From Candidatus Woesebacteria bacterium RBG_16_42_24 (GTDB lineage: Bacteria > Patescibacteriota > Microgenomatia > UBA8517): 64,000 bases of DNA. Below, in pieces: positions 38,255 through 47,485 of this stretch. The translations under genes were made by a program, and so were the position numbers. The stretch lies in the NCBI GenBank assembly GCA_001792115.1, contig MGFX01000006.1, forward strand, positions 18,537-82,536, read 5' to 3'. Position 1 is the first letter of the stretch. Every line of letters begins with the position of its first letter. Below the pieces are notes generated by a model, which had not been told where the DNA came from, searched no databases, and worked only from the letters and a program-made list of their open reading frames with translations.

Positions 38255-39985
38255 TTAATCCAGTTTTATTTGCAAATTCCAGAAGTGCCTATATAGACTC
38301 TCTTTCTTTGAAAGGAGCTCTCTGTGAGAGCCGATTTCTATTATTTTACCCTTCTCCATGACCACAATTTTGTCGGCCCTCATCACGGTTGAGAGCCTAT
38401 GGGCGATAATGATTGTAGTTTTGCCTTTCGAGGCCTTCCAAAAAGCCTCTTGAATTAATTTTTCGGACTCGGAGTCCAACTGGCTTGTGGCCTCGTCAAA
38501 AATAATGATATCTGGGTCGGAAAGAATCATTCTGGCGATTGCCAATCTTTGTTTTTGCCCGCCGGAGAGTTTTATTCCTCGCTCTCCTACAAAGGTTTGA
38601 TATTTTTTAGGAAGACTCTCGATGAATGTATCTATATTAGCAAGAGCCGCAGCAGCCTTTATCTCGGAGAGTGTGGCTCTTCCTTTTGCGTAGCCTATGT
38701 TATAGAAAATAGTATTATTGAAAAGAATTGGCTCCTGCGGAACTACTCCGATATAGCTTCTTAGGTCCCTTTTGGTGAAGTCGGAAACGTTAATTCCGTC
38801 AATTGTAATTTTGCCGTAATCTAAGTCGTAAAACCTCATAAGAAGCTTAACCAGCGTTGTCTTTCCGGAGCCAGACCTTCCGACTAGTGCTATGGATTGG
38901 CCCTGCCTAATATTCAAGCTTAAGCCGTTAACTGCGTTTTTGCTTCTTCCTTTATAGGAAAAATGGAGATTTTTAAATTCAATTTCACCGTCAACAGACC
39001 GTCTTTTTATGGGAACTAAAGGATCCTTAACCTGTATATCGTTATCAAGAATCTCAAAATATTTCCCAATATCAGCGTAACTTTTGGCGATGTCTCTAAA
39101 ACTCCAGACCAAGTCCCATAAACGAGGGAAAAAAATTCCAATAAAGCCGGATACAAGTACAAAGTCTCCAATTGTGAATTTAGCATCCACGGCGAGTCTT
39201 AAACTCATAAGAATTATTAAAAAGAAAGTTATGTTGGTAATTACTCCGATGGTCACGTCTATGAGTCTATAGCTATTGAAATAGTCCCAACCGGCCTTTC
39301 TCCAGCTCGCGAAGGAAGATTTCAGTCGATTTCTTTCCCAGCCTTCTTTTGAAAAAAGTTTTACGGTCTCAAAGTTAATTAAGTTATCGACAATAATTCC
39401 TGATATCTCATCTTCTTTCTTGTTAAAAAGCGCCCTTCTTTTTACATTGAGACTTATTAGGAATTTTATGGCAACAAGGGTGAGAAAAAAGGAGATAATA
39501 ACAACTAAAACAATTCTAATATCAAGGGTGGTGAAAAAATAAATCATGACCAGAAGTGATACGGCAACCTCTGTCATTCTATGGTGGATTGCATGAAATA
39601 GATTCCATAAGGCTCCGTCGCCCCTTTTAAATGCACTAATTAAGGACCCCGTGCTTTTTTCCGAATGGAAGGCAAAATCCAGGTCCTGCACATACTTAAA
39701 GATTGCGATTCTGGCGTCGATTGAAGCGTCAATGAGGACATAGTCACCAAGGATGTGGGAGAATATTCCAGCAAGCCAAGAAGCGATTCTTACAAGCAGA
39801 AATACAAGAAGAATAGATAGAAGCTTTTCGTAATCCAAGGAGGGAATGGCTTCTACAAAAATTTTGTAAAAATATGGAGAGAGGTTAGATAGGGCGGTGG
39901 CAATAACGACCAATGCGACAAAACCGGCAAACGCCAGCCTTTTTTTCAATACAAAGCCATAAAAAGTTTTCAGAATTTTTAACAT
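38255..39985 (-). CDS. ABC exporter, fused permease/ATPase (Atm1/MsbA-like)
   Basis: GRSGSGKTT, LSGGQKQRLAIAR, FDEATSQLD, AHRLST. Confidence 0.93.
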   Translation of the reverse strand: MLKILKTFYGFVLKKRLAFAGFVALVVIATALSNLSPYFYKIFVEAIPSLDYEKLLSILLVFLLVRIASWLAGIFSHILGDYVLIDASIDARIAIFKYVQDLDFAFHSEKSTGSLISAFKRGDGALWNLFHAIHHRMTEVAVSLLVMIYFFTTLDIRIVLVVIISFFLTLVAIKFLISLNVKRRALFNKKEDEISGIIVDNLINFETVKLFSKEGWERNRLKSSFASWRKAGWDYFNSYRLIDVTIGVITNITFFLIILMSLRLAVDAKFTIGDFVLVSGFIGIFFPRLWDLVWSFRDIAKSYADIGKYFEILDNDIQVKDPLVPIKRRSVDGEIEFKNLHFSYKGRSKNAVNGLSLNIRQGQSIALVGRSGSGKTTLVKLLMRFYDLDYGKITIDGINVSDFTKRDLRSYIGVVPQEPILFNNTIFYNIGYAKGRATLSEIKAAAALANIDTFIESLPKKYQTFVGERGIKLSGGQKQRLAIARMILSDPDIIIFDEATSQLDSESEKLIQEAFWKASKGKTTIIIAHRLSTVMRADKIVVMEKGKIIEIGSHRELLSKKESLYRHFWNLQIKLD

Positions 39986-40147
39986 AAGAAATGAGCCCTT
40001 TTAATTGGCCTTAAAACGATTGTACTACAAAGAAAAGCAAGCACCACTGTAAATACCTGTAGACAAGGCTCCAAAGATTTTCTTTCAAGAAAACTGGATA
40101 TTTGAGAGCCTCGGGGAGTATAATTTGACCTACACTTTTTATTTCCC

Positions 40148-41032
40148 ATGCGAAAGTTAATACTAGGGGTTTTAGTGGCGTTATTAGCCGTACTTTTTGC
40201 GGCAGGAGCATCCTATGCACAAACTCGTCGAGTTTCGCCGTCGCCAACCATTACTCCTACACCAACTTTTACTCCTACCCCGGCTCCACCGTCGGATTTG
40301 ACCCAGAAAACGGAAGAAACCATTGGCCCTTTGGAGAAACTATTAGAAGAACAAGAGCTTGGCAAGGTTTGGCCGGCAAGCCCTTTAAAATATGCCATTC
40401 GTTCGGCAATCGCCGCCCAAGTTCCAGTCAACACGATAGTTCTTCTTCTTCTCTTACCCTTAATTGCCTCACTCATCGCCGCCGCCCGCCATATAATCGG
40501 ACTTCGAGGATTCGGAATTTTTTTGCCGGCGGCTTTGGCGGTAACTTTTGTGGCTACCGGCCCAATTGTTGGAATCGGACTGTTTTTAGTCATTGTTACA
40601 ACCGCTACTTTGATTCGCTTTACGCTAAGAAAACTAAAAGTCAAACTTCAATATTTACCGAGAATGGCGCTTCTTCTCTGGTGGGTAGTAATAGGAGTTT
40701 TGGGGGTCCTATTTCTGGCCCCCTTAATTAACAATTCGAGTCTGTCAAATGTTTCCATTTTCCCCGTCCTTATTCTTGTGCTTCTTTCAGAAGATTTCAC
40801 CCGCGTGCAGCTGGGGAAGAGTGCCAAAGTGGCGGTTAACTTAACTTCCGAGACACTTATTTTGGCTCTGGCCTCTTATTTTGTTTTAACCTTAAAGCCG
40901 GTTCAGGAATATGCGCTTTTAAATCCAGAAATATATTTACTTGTAATCTTTATCTTTAATCTCCTTTTGGGCCGCTATGTTGGCCTAAGATTAATGGAAG
41001 TGTGGAGATTTAGAAAGCTTATTTCCAGTTAA
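40148..41032 (+). CDS. 7TM domain protein (type fused to inactive transglutaminases)
   Basis: RHIIGLRGFGIFLP, LPRMA, SIFPVLIL, GRYVGLRL.E.WRF. Confidence 0.82.
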   Translation: MRKLILGVLVALLAVLFAAGASYAQTRRVSPSPTITPTPTFTPTPAPPSDLTQKTEETIGPLEKLLEEQELGKVWPASPLKYAIRSAIAAQVPVNTIVLLLLLPLIASLIAAARHIIGLRGFGIFLPAALAVTFVATGPIVGIGLFLVIVTTATLIRFTLRKLKVKLQYLPRMALLLWWVVIGVLGVLFLAPLINNSSLSNVSIFPVLILVLLSEDFTRVQLGKSAKVAVNLTSETLILALASYFVLTLKPVQEYALLNPEIYLLVIFIFNLLLGRYVGLRLMEVWRFRKLISS

Positions 41033-41121
41033 CCAGTAATCCAGTAGTCCAGTCAGACCGGTTAACCGGTAAACTGGCAAACTGAAAAACTGGAATACGG
41101 GAATACTGGAATACCGGGACT
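41030..41121. repeat. Degenerate 8/9-mer inverted tandem array
   Basis: CCAGTAAT CCAGTAGT CCAGTCAG ACCGGTTAACCGGT AAACTGGC AAACTGAA AAACTGGA... Confidence 0.75.
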
Positions 41122-42405
41122 ATGAAACTTTCCAATATTCTAGGCTTAAACGCTCGGACTCAGATTTTCTCTTATCGATATAACACCATATCTGGGAGGA
41201 AAATTTGTGATTCCAAGATTCAAACGGCCAGGGTTTTAAAGAAAGTAGGAATTCCTCATCCTGAAATTTACAAAAAGCTTAAAAACCCATCGGACATTGA
41301 GAAATTTGATTGGCAGACTTTGCCTGACGCCTTCGCCCTAAAGCCTTCCCGTGGTCTTGGGGGAGAAGGGATTGTTGTTGTTAAAACCCGGACAAAGGGC
41401 GAAGACGCCTGGATTACCACACAAAAAAATAGAGTTGGAATTGAGGATTTGAAGCTTCATGTTCAGGATATTCTTGAGGGGGCTTTTAGCTTGGGAAATG
41501 TTCCGGATAGCGCACTAATTCAAGAGTTTGTAGGCCGACATAAAGCCTTCAGAAAGTATGCATATAGGGGAACTCCTGATATTAGAATTATTGTTTTTAA
41601 TAGGGTGCCTGTTATGGCCATGTTAAGACTTCCGACTAAAGAATCTGGAGGTCGCGCTAATATGTATCAGGGGGCTGTTGCGGTTGGAATTGATATGGCA
41701 ACTGGGATTACTACAAAGGCGTATTTGCATGGCGAGTTTATTTCTCACAAACCAGGAACTTTAAGGAAACTCCGAGGAATAAAGATACCCGATTGGACCA
41801 GGATTTTAGAGATGGCGGTTGAGGCATCAATGGCGTCGGGAATGGGTTATTTGGGTGTAGATATAGTTTTGCATCCAAGTAAAGGACCAATGGTTTTGGA
41901 GCTTAACGCCCAACCGGGCTTAAAGATTCAGCTGGCGAATATGGCGGGCCTTAAGAAACGCCTTGAAAGAGTCGAGGATTTGGAAGTCCGCGATTCGGTC
42001 CACGGCGTAAAAATTGCCAAAGCCCTTTTTGCCGCCCGCTTCGCAGACAGGGTAAAGGCAGAAGAGGGGGTAAAGACCGTAGGAGTTTGGGAAGATGTTC
42101 GAGTGGTGGGCGGGGATCATAAGAAACATACCATTAAGGCAAAAATAGATACCGGAGCCTGGAAATCTTCTATTGATAAAGAGGTTGCCAAGAAGTTGGG
42201 AATTCTCGATAAAAGTAACGTCCTTTGGACTAAAGTTTACAAAAGCTCATTAGGGCGCGAGGTAAGAAAAGTTGTAAGCCTAACGTTTTACCTTGCAGGG
42301 ACCAGAGTTTATACAATCGCGAATGTTGCCGTTAGAACCCATTTAAGAACTCCTCTAATTATTGGTCGTAAAGATCTGAAAGGATTTTTGGTAAAGGCTG
42401 AATAA
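41122..42405 (+). CDS. Alpha-L-glutamate-ligase-like ATP-grasp fused to a retropepsin-like (RimK-associated) protease domain
   Basis: ILGLNAR, KPSRGLGGEGI, PDIRIIV, GRANMYQG, ELNAQPGL; C-terminal AKIDTGA...LIIGRKDL. Confidence 0.88.
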   Translation: MKLSNILGLNARTQIFSYRYNTISGRKICDSKIQTARVLKKVGIPHPEIYKKLKNPSDIEKFDWQTLPDAFALKPSRGLGGEGIVVVKTRTKGEDAWITTQKNRVGIEDLKLHVQDILEGAFSLGNVPDSALIQEFVGRHKAFRKYAYRGTPDIRIIVFNRVPVMAMLRLPTKESGGRANMYQGAVAVGIDMATGITTKAYLHGEFISHKPGTLRKLRGIKIPDWTRILEMAVEASMASGMGYLGVDIVLHPSKGPMVLELNAQPGLKIQLANMAGLKKRLERVEDLEVRDSVHGVKIAKALFAARFADRVKAEEGVKTVGVWEDVRVVGGDHKKHTIKAKIDTGAWKSSIDKEVAKKLGILDKSNVLWTKVYKSSLGREVRKVVSLTFYLAGTRVYTIANVAVRTHLRTPLIIGRKDLKGFLVKAE

Positions 42406-42413
42406 CATCCTCT

Positions 42414-43325
42414 ATGAAAAAAATATTAATTTTGGTAGACAAGGTCGGTCCTAAAAAGGAAATGCTTGCAGAACTAATTGCAGAAAGACTTTCTGACAAA
42501 AATACTCAAATTGTCTTGGCTAGATTTTCGGATTTGTATTTCGAAATAGACGGGGAGAATGTCATAGTAGAAGTCGAGGGAACGTCTATAGAGAGGTTTG
42601 ACCTTGTCTATTTTAGAAGGGCGGGAGACAAATTTTCGGGAATCGCCCTTACCCTGGCACTATGCTTGGAAGAATTGGGAGTTAAATATATCGATAGTAC
42701 CTGGGGTAATATTGGACCCTTAGGAAGCAAGTTTGCATCCCTAGTCCGTCTAGCAAGAGCCCACCTTCCGATTTTCACCACAATTTATTTTTGGCCTACC
42801 CACATAGAAAAATACCAAGATAGTCTTATTAGAAAATTTGGTTTGCCCTTGATTGCCAAAGAGTTATCTACCCAAAGAGGAAAGGGTGTAATTTTGATTA
42901 GAACAAAAGAAGATTTTAAAAAGCTTCCCCTTACGGATAGCAAGGGCAGAAATAATCAATATCTATTTCAGAAATTTATCGAAATTAAAGATGAATTTAG
43001 AGTATTAGTTTTGGGAAATAAAGCGAGAGTTTGGGAAAGAAAAATAATTACTATCAAAGGGGAATTTAGACATAATATTTCTCTGGGGGCAAGTGAGGAA
43101 TTTCTCCCGATTGCCAAAATACCAGAAAAAATTGCAGACGTTGCAGCAGATGCGGCAGCGGTGTTAAACCTACAAATTGCCGGAGTCGATTTAGCTATTC
43201 AGAAAAAGACGAATAATGTTTTTTTGGTCGAAGTCAACCGTGGACCGGGAATAACTTATGATACAAAAATTTCTCCAGAAATCGACGAAATGGCCAAATT
43301 TTTGGAAGAAAGTGTCAAGAAATAA
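42414..43325 (+). CDS. RimK-family ATP-grasp ligase
   Basis: RGKGV, QKFI, EFRVLVLG, EFRHNISLG, IAGVDL, EVNRGPG. Confidence 0.85.
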   Translation: MKKILILVDKVGPKKEMLAELIAERLSDKNTQIVLARFSDLYFEIDGENVIVEVEGTSIERFDLVYFRRAGDKFSGIALTLALCLEELGVKYIDSTWGNIGPLGSKFASLVRLARAHLPIFTTIYFWPTHIEKYQDSLIRKFGLPLIAKELSTQRGKGVILIRTKEDFKKLPLTDSKGRNNQYLFQKFIEIKDEFRVLVLGNKARVWERKIITIKGEFRHNISLGASEEFLPIAKIPEKIADVAADAAAVLNLQIAGVDLAIQKKTNNVFLVEVNRGPGITYDTKISPEIDEMAKFLEESVKK

Positions 43326-44294
43326 ATGGAAAAATATAGGGTGGGTATGGCCTTTTCCAGGCAGTTTAGAGGCAGTTCTCCTCTAGGTCATATCGGCGTC
43401 AAACTTCCGGTTTATATTAGGCTTCTAACTCTTTGTGAGGCGAAGGGTTGGGAAGTTTATGTTTTGACGAAAAAAACATACAAGGGAAACGGAATATTTG
43501 AAGGTTCTTGGAGATATTTAGATGGCAAATTCGAAAAAATAAAAACTCCGGTAAAAATCGACCTGGTTTATGACAGGTGCGCCGGGATCAAATTTCCTTC
43601 GGAAGGGGACGACAGTCTTATTTGGATAAACCGCAGAGATTTTAAAATACTTTGCTGGGACAAGTGGAAGGCATATAGGCAGATTGGAAAATTCATGCCA
43701 AAAACTTTTTGGGTAGAAAGGCAGGAAGATTTGCCGGCGGTTTTAGCAAAAGTAAAAACCGAGTGGGTTAGCTTAAAGCCGTTCAACGGTTTAAAAGGAT
43801 TAGGGGTTTTTATTGGACCAAAGTATAAGGCGCAGGAATTTAAATTCTCTAAAAAATTCAAGCACTATATTGCCCAGGAATTTGTGGATACGTCAGGAGG
43901 AGTTCCTAAAATTACTAAGGGGTTTCACGATATCAGAGTTGCGGTAACCAACCAAAAAGCCGTTTGGTCGCACGTCAGAGTCCCACTTAAGGGAAGCTAC
44001 TTAGCGAACGCGGCCGCCGGGGGAATATTAACGGAAGTGGATTATACCCTGCTTCCAAGAAGCATAAAAAAAATTGTAGAAGAAATCGCCGAAAAGTTTT
44101 CTCAAAAATATGACGACCCTTCATATAGTATCGATTTTGGAGTAGGCAAGGATGGTACCCCAAAAATTTTTGAGATAAACGACCAAATAGGTTTTCCTAG
44201 GTGGGAGATGAAAAATAGAGACAAGTTTCTTAAAGCACTGGTCGATAATTTCGAAAGTAAACTAAATGGCAAAAATCGCGCCAAGTTCTTATAA
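43326..44294 (+). CDS. ATP-grasp protein (YheC/D-like)
   Basis: DLVYDR, DKWKAY, LKPFNGLKGLGV, QEFVD, HDIRV, ANAAAGG, FEIN. Confidence 0.75.
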   Translation: MEKYRVGMAFSRQFRGSSPLGHIGVKLPVYIRLLTLCEAKGWEVYVLTKKTYKGNGIFEGSWRYLDGKFEKIKTPVKIDLVYDRCAGIKFPSEGDDSLIWINRRDFKILCWDKWKAYRQIGKFMPKTFWVERQEDLPAVLAKVKTEWVSLKPFNGLKGLGVFIGPKYKAQEFKFSKKFKHYIAQEFVDTSGGVPKITKGFHDIRVAVTNQKAVWSHVRVPLKGSYLANAAAGGILTEVDYTLLPRSIKKIVEEIAEKFSQKYDDPSYSIDFGVGKDGTPKIFEINDQIGFPRWEMKNRDKFLKALVDNFESKLNGKNRAKFL

Positions 44295-44344
44295 TTATTT
44301 CGATATTGAAAAACGTATGCAATTATTGGTAATATCTTCTAAGT

Positions 44345-45685
44345 ATGGATCTTGCCAACCCCAACACAGGGGGAGTGATAAATCCTCCTCCGGTACCACA
44401 AACCGATGAGATAACACCTCCTACACTAGCCTCATCGGATCCGCCCAGTACGCCTTTAACTGACCCTGTTGGGGCGCCCCCCTCTTCGTTTCCTCCGAGT
44501 TCTTCCGGAGCTGAGGTCGTGCCACCAGCGGTCCCTCCGTCAGACCCCCTTTCCACGGGAGAACCCTTGGTTACACCGCCTACAGGCCCTTCGCCTAGAG
44601 GTAAAAAGGTAGTTCTTTCAGCCATTGCAGGCATTCTCCTTCTTGGAACAATAGGGGGCGGAATTTATATAGCCACGCATATTGCACCCAATCCTGCCGA
44701 TCAGACAGGGCAGGCTACATCTCCATCTGCGACTCCGGCTCCGCAGATTACGGGCGTAGAAGTTACTTATCTGGGAGGAACCGCCTGGAGTATTTCCGGT
44801 GATGCAAAAGTTCCCCTTACTCAAGGCCAAAGCGTTGTAGAAGGGGCGACTATTGAGACGGAAGATGATGCAAAGATGCTCCTTACTCTTGGGGAGGGAA
44901 GTATTGTAAGGATAGGTCCTTCCTCTAAGATTACTTTAACCAGTCTTGATCCGGAGTCAATGAATTTTACCCAGGAGCAGGGAATAATCTATGCCTATGT
45001 CGGCAGCGAAAGCGTTGCAACATTTACAGTGGTCGCCGGAGACGTCACAATCGAAGCGCAGGGGACGGCCTTTTCTGTCGAAAAAGATGAGTTAGCGTTT
45101 ATAAACGTCTTTGATAACAAAGTTATGGTGAGGCAGGGGGGTAAAGAGAAGGAGGTAGCTGAAAATACTAATTATGTTCAAGGAGCTGAAGAAGCCTTTG
45201 ACTTAAATACGGACGAGCTTGAGACAGATAGTTTCCTACAATGGGCATTAGAAGAAGAACTAGGAAGGATTGAGGCAGAAATTGCTTCCGAAGCTGAAGG
45301 TTCGGCTAGTTTGGAGGCTAAAGAAGCCTATAAAACTACACTTGAGGCTTTGGGTATCGAAAAGCTCGATGTTTTGAAGGATACTTTCTTGGCGTCAACT
45401 ACAGGAGCCGTAAGTAAAATTACTTTGACCGGTAGTAGGCTAGAAAACGGAGCGGTCTCGCTTTCCTGGACGTCTGATGGTCTTGCCGAGAATGGATATA
45501 AAATTGTTTGGTCGACCACTCTGGGAAAACCATATCCGGCAGACAAGAGAACCAGCGAGCCGATTCTTGGATACGCCAAAACTCTTGGCCCTATGAAGCC
45601 AGGTAAAACCTGGTATTACCGAGTCTGTGAGTGGACAGGGATAACCTGCGGGATTTACTCCAACGAGCTCTCGTTTAGCTTCTAA
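44345..45685 (+). CDS. FecR-domain single-TM surface protein
   Basis: Pro-rich N-terminus, TM, GATIET...GSIVRIGPSS...AQGTAFSV; FN3-like C-terminus. Confidence 0.75.
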   Translation: MDLANPNTGGVINPPPVPQTDEITPPTLASSDPPSTPLTDPVGAPPSSFPPSSSGAEVVPPAVPPSDPLSTGEPLVTPPTGPSPRGKKVVLSAIAGILLLGTIGGGIYIATHIAPNPADQTGQATSPSATPAPQITGVEVTYLGGTAWSISGDAKVPLTQGQSVVEGATIETEDDAKMLLTLGEGSIVRIGPSSKITLTSLDPESMNFTQEQGIIYAYVGSESVATFTVVAGDVTIEAQGTAFSVEKDELAFINVFDNKVMVRQGGKEKEVAENTNYVQGAEEAFDLNTDELETDSFLQWALEEELGRIEAEIASEAEGSASLEAKEAYKTTLEALGIEKLDVLKDTFLASTTGAVSKITLTGSRLENGAVSLSWTSDGLAENGYKIVWSTTLGKPYPADKRTSEPILGYAKTLGPMKPGKTWYYRVCEWTGITCGIYSNELSFSF

Positions 45686-45788
45686 AATTACTTTACCTCC
45701 ACCGTTGCTTCCCACACTACTTAGCTTTCGCCTTTTCAGAACTATTCGTTCACGGCTCAAGCTGCGTTAGTTGAGGGACTTCACATTC

Positions 45789-46220
45789 TCATTTTAATTC
45801 GAATGTTGCGCCTGCCGCTTTGAGCTTCTCAACTGCGCTCTTGGCGTCTTCAGCTTTAGCGTCTTTGAGAACTTCAGCGGGAACATTCTCGGTCATACTT
45901 TTGGCATCCATCAGAGTTAAGTTTTGATTAATCTCGCGTAGTGCCTTGATTACTCCTATTTTATTTGCCCCAGCAGCTGTCATAGTTACGCTCTGGACTC
46001 CACCACCAGCGGATTCACCGCCAGCTGCGGAAGGTTCTCCACTAGCCTGAGCTGCATCTTGCCCCGCGGCAGGGGCGACTGCGACTGCCTGGGGGGTTAC
46101 TCCTAGTTTGTCTTGAAGAGCTGAAACAAGCTCGCTAAGTTCAACAACTGTTAACTTTGCGATTTCGTCAACCAATTTTTCAACACTCCCAGAAACTTTT
46201 TTTTCTTTTTTATCTGTCAT
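45789..46220 (-). CDS. rplL: 50S ribosomal protein L7/L12
   Basis: LTVVELSELV, KIGVIKALRE, KLKAAGATFELK. Confidence 0.95.
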   Translation of the reverse strand: MTDKKEKKVSGSVEKLVDEIAKLTVVELSELVSALQDKLGVTPQAVAVAPAAGQDAAQASGEPSAAGGESAGGGVQSVTMTAAGANKIGVIKALREINQNLTLMDAKSMTENVPAEVLKDAKAEDAKSAVEKLKAAGATFELK

Positions 46221-46265
46221 GCTTAATCACCACCTTTGCCCCGCACAAAGCGGGGAATTTAGAAT

Positions 46266-46784
46266 TTAGGATTTGGCCTTTTCGTTTAAAACGAAAAGCA
46301 GCCTCTGTGTATTTGCATTAAGGGTTCCGACAAGTCCATAAGAAGTACCCATTAAAGTCCCAAGTAGTTGACCCAAAAGGGCGTCTTTTCCTGGGAGGTT
46401 TGATAATTTAATTAGGGAATCCGTGTCTTGGAAGCTTCCGTCAACAATTCCCACCTTTAAAGACGGCACCTCAAATTCTTTGGCAAATTTACCAAGTACA
46501 GATAGGGAAGCGATAGCGTCTTCTCCGGCTAAAATGAGAGCAGTTTGGCCGCTAAGTACTGTATCAGTTAAAACCTCCGGTTCAATTTTCGCGGCTTCAC
46601 CCGCTCTTTTAAGAAGGGTATTTTTGACAACCAGCATCTTGGCTCCGACCTCGGTAAGCCTCTTTTTGAGCTCCTGTTGGGCCTTAACCGAAAGGCCGGC
46701 GTAATTCACGAGAATTACACTCTTTGCCGACTTTAGTTCTTCGGTCAAATTACTAACAAAAAATATTTTTTCAGCTTTTTTCAT
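46266..46784 (-). CDS. rplJ: 50S ribosomal protein L10
   Basis: NYAGLSV, VVKNTLLKRA, LSNLPGKDALL. Confidence 0.95.
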   Translation of the reverse strand: MKKAEKIFFVSNLTEELKSAKSVILVNYAGLSVKAQQELKKRLTEVGAKMLVVKNTLLKRAGEAAKIEPEVLTDTVLSGQTALILAGEDAIASLSVLGKFAKEFEVPSLKVGIVDGSFQDTDSLIKLSNLPGKDALLGQLLGTLMGTSYGLVGTLNANTQRLLFVLNEKAKS

Positions 46785-46833
46785 ACTCATACCTTTAAAG
46801 ACCGTGTCTTGCAAGGTATATATAGTTTTGCAC

Positions 46834-47010
46834 TAAAAAAGCACTCCGAGGAGTGCTGATACTTTTCACTTAATATCTTTACCGCGAAGCGGCAAGCTCC
46901 GCTTATATCTTAGTATCATCCCGCTTCGCGGGAACCCTCGGCACGACTTATGGTTCGACTTAGCCCCTCGATTACACTCGGGACTAGCTCACCACGTGCT
47001 GTCTTAGGAC
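46834..47010 (-). promoter_or_regulatory. L10 leader with terminator-like hairpin; contains palindromic insertions
   Basis: Minus strand CCTAAGACAGCACG...CGTGCCGAGG resembles the L10-leader core; AGCACTCCTCGGAGTGCTTTTTT downstream; TATAAT at 47018-47023. Confidence 0.75.
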
Positions 47011-47063
47011 AAAAGAAATTATAAGTTAGAATAGTGGTTACGTCAAGGAGTTAAAATGAAGAT

Positions 47064-47402
47064 TTATTCGTTTCTGACTTCACCGCGGGTAACTCTGTCA
47101 AGCTTTTTCCCTGGTGTTTCGGGCCGCGGGCTCGTTACTTGTCTCAGCCGCTCTTCAGTTCTTGTTCTCTGCCCCTGTTCTAACGACTGTACTAATGCAG
47201 TTTTCTCAATCCCTTGCCTTAAACCCTGGGGACTAATTGATCTTGGTCGCACAGGTGTTTGAGTTTCTGTAACTGGAGGCACCAGGCGGGGAGATTCTGG
47301 CCTTTGAGTGTAGTCTTTAAGGCCCCCCCTCCGGATACCTTCTCGAGTTCTTTGAAATGCTTCCTCGGGGGTTAATGGTCCTTCACCGCTCTCATCTGCC
47401 AT
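47064..47402 (-). CDS. Hypothetical low-complexity protein
   Basis: 112-aa ORF with promoter-like TTGACA/TAAAAT just upstream. Confidence 0.55.
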   Translation of the reverse strand: MADESGEGPLTPEEAFQRTREGIRRGGLKDYTQRPESPRLVPPVTETQTPVRPRSISPQGLRQGIEKTALVQSLEQGQRTRTEERLRQVTSPRPETPGKKLDRVTRGEVRNE

Positions 47403-47485
47403 ATCCAGATTTTATTGCCCCGTCCTTTAGTTGTCAAATTTAGAAAAAGATTGAAAAATACTAATCCAATGTGCATAATAAGCCT

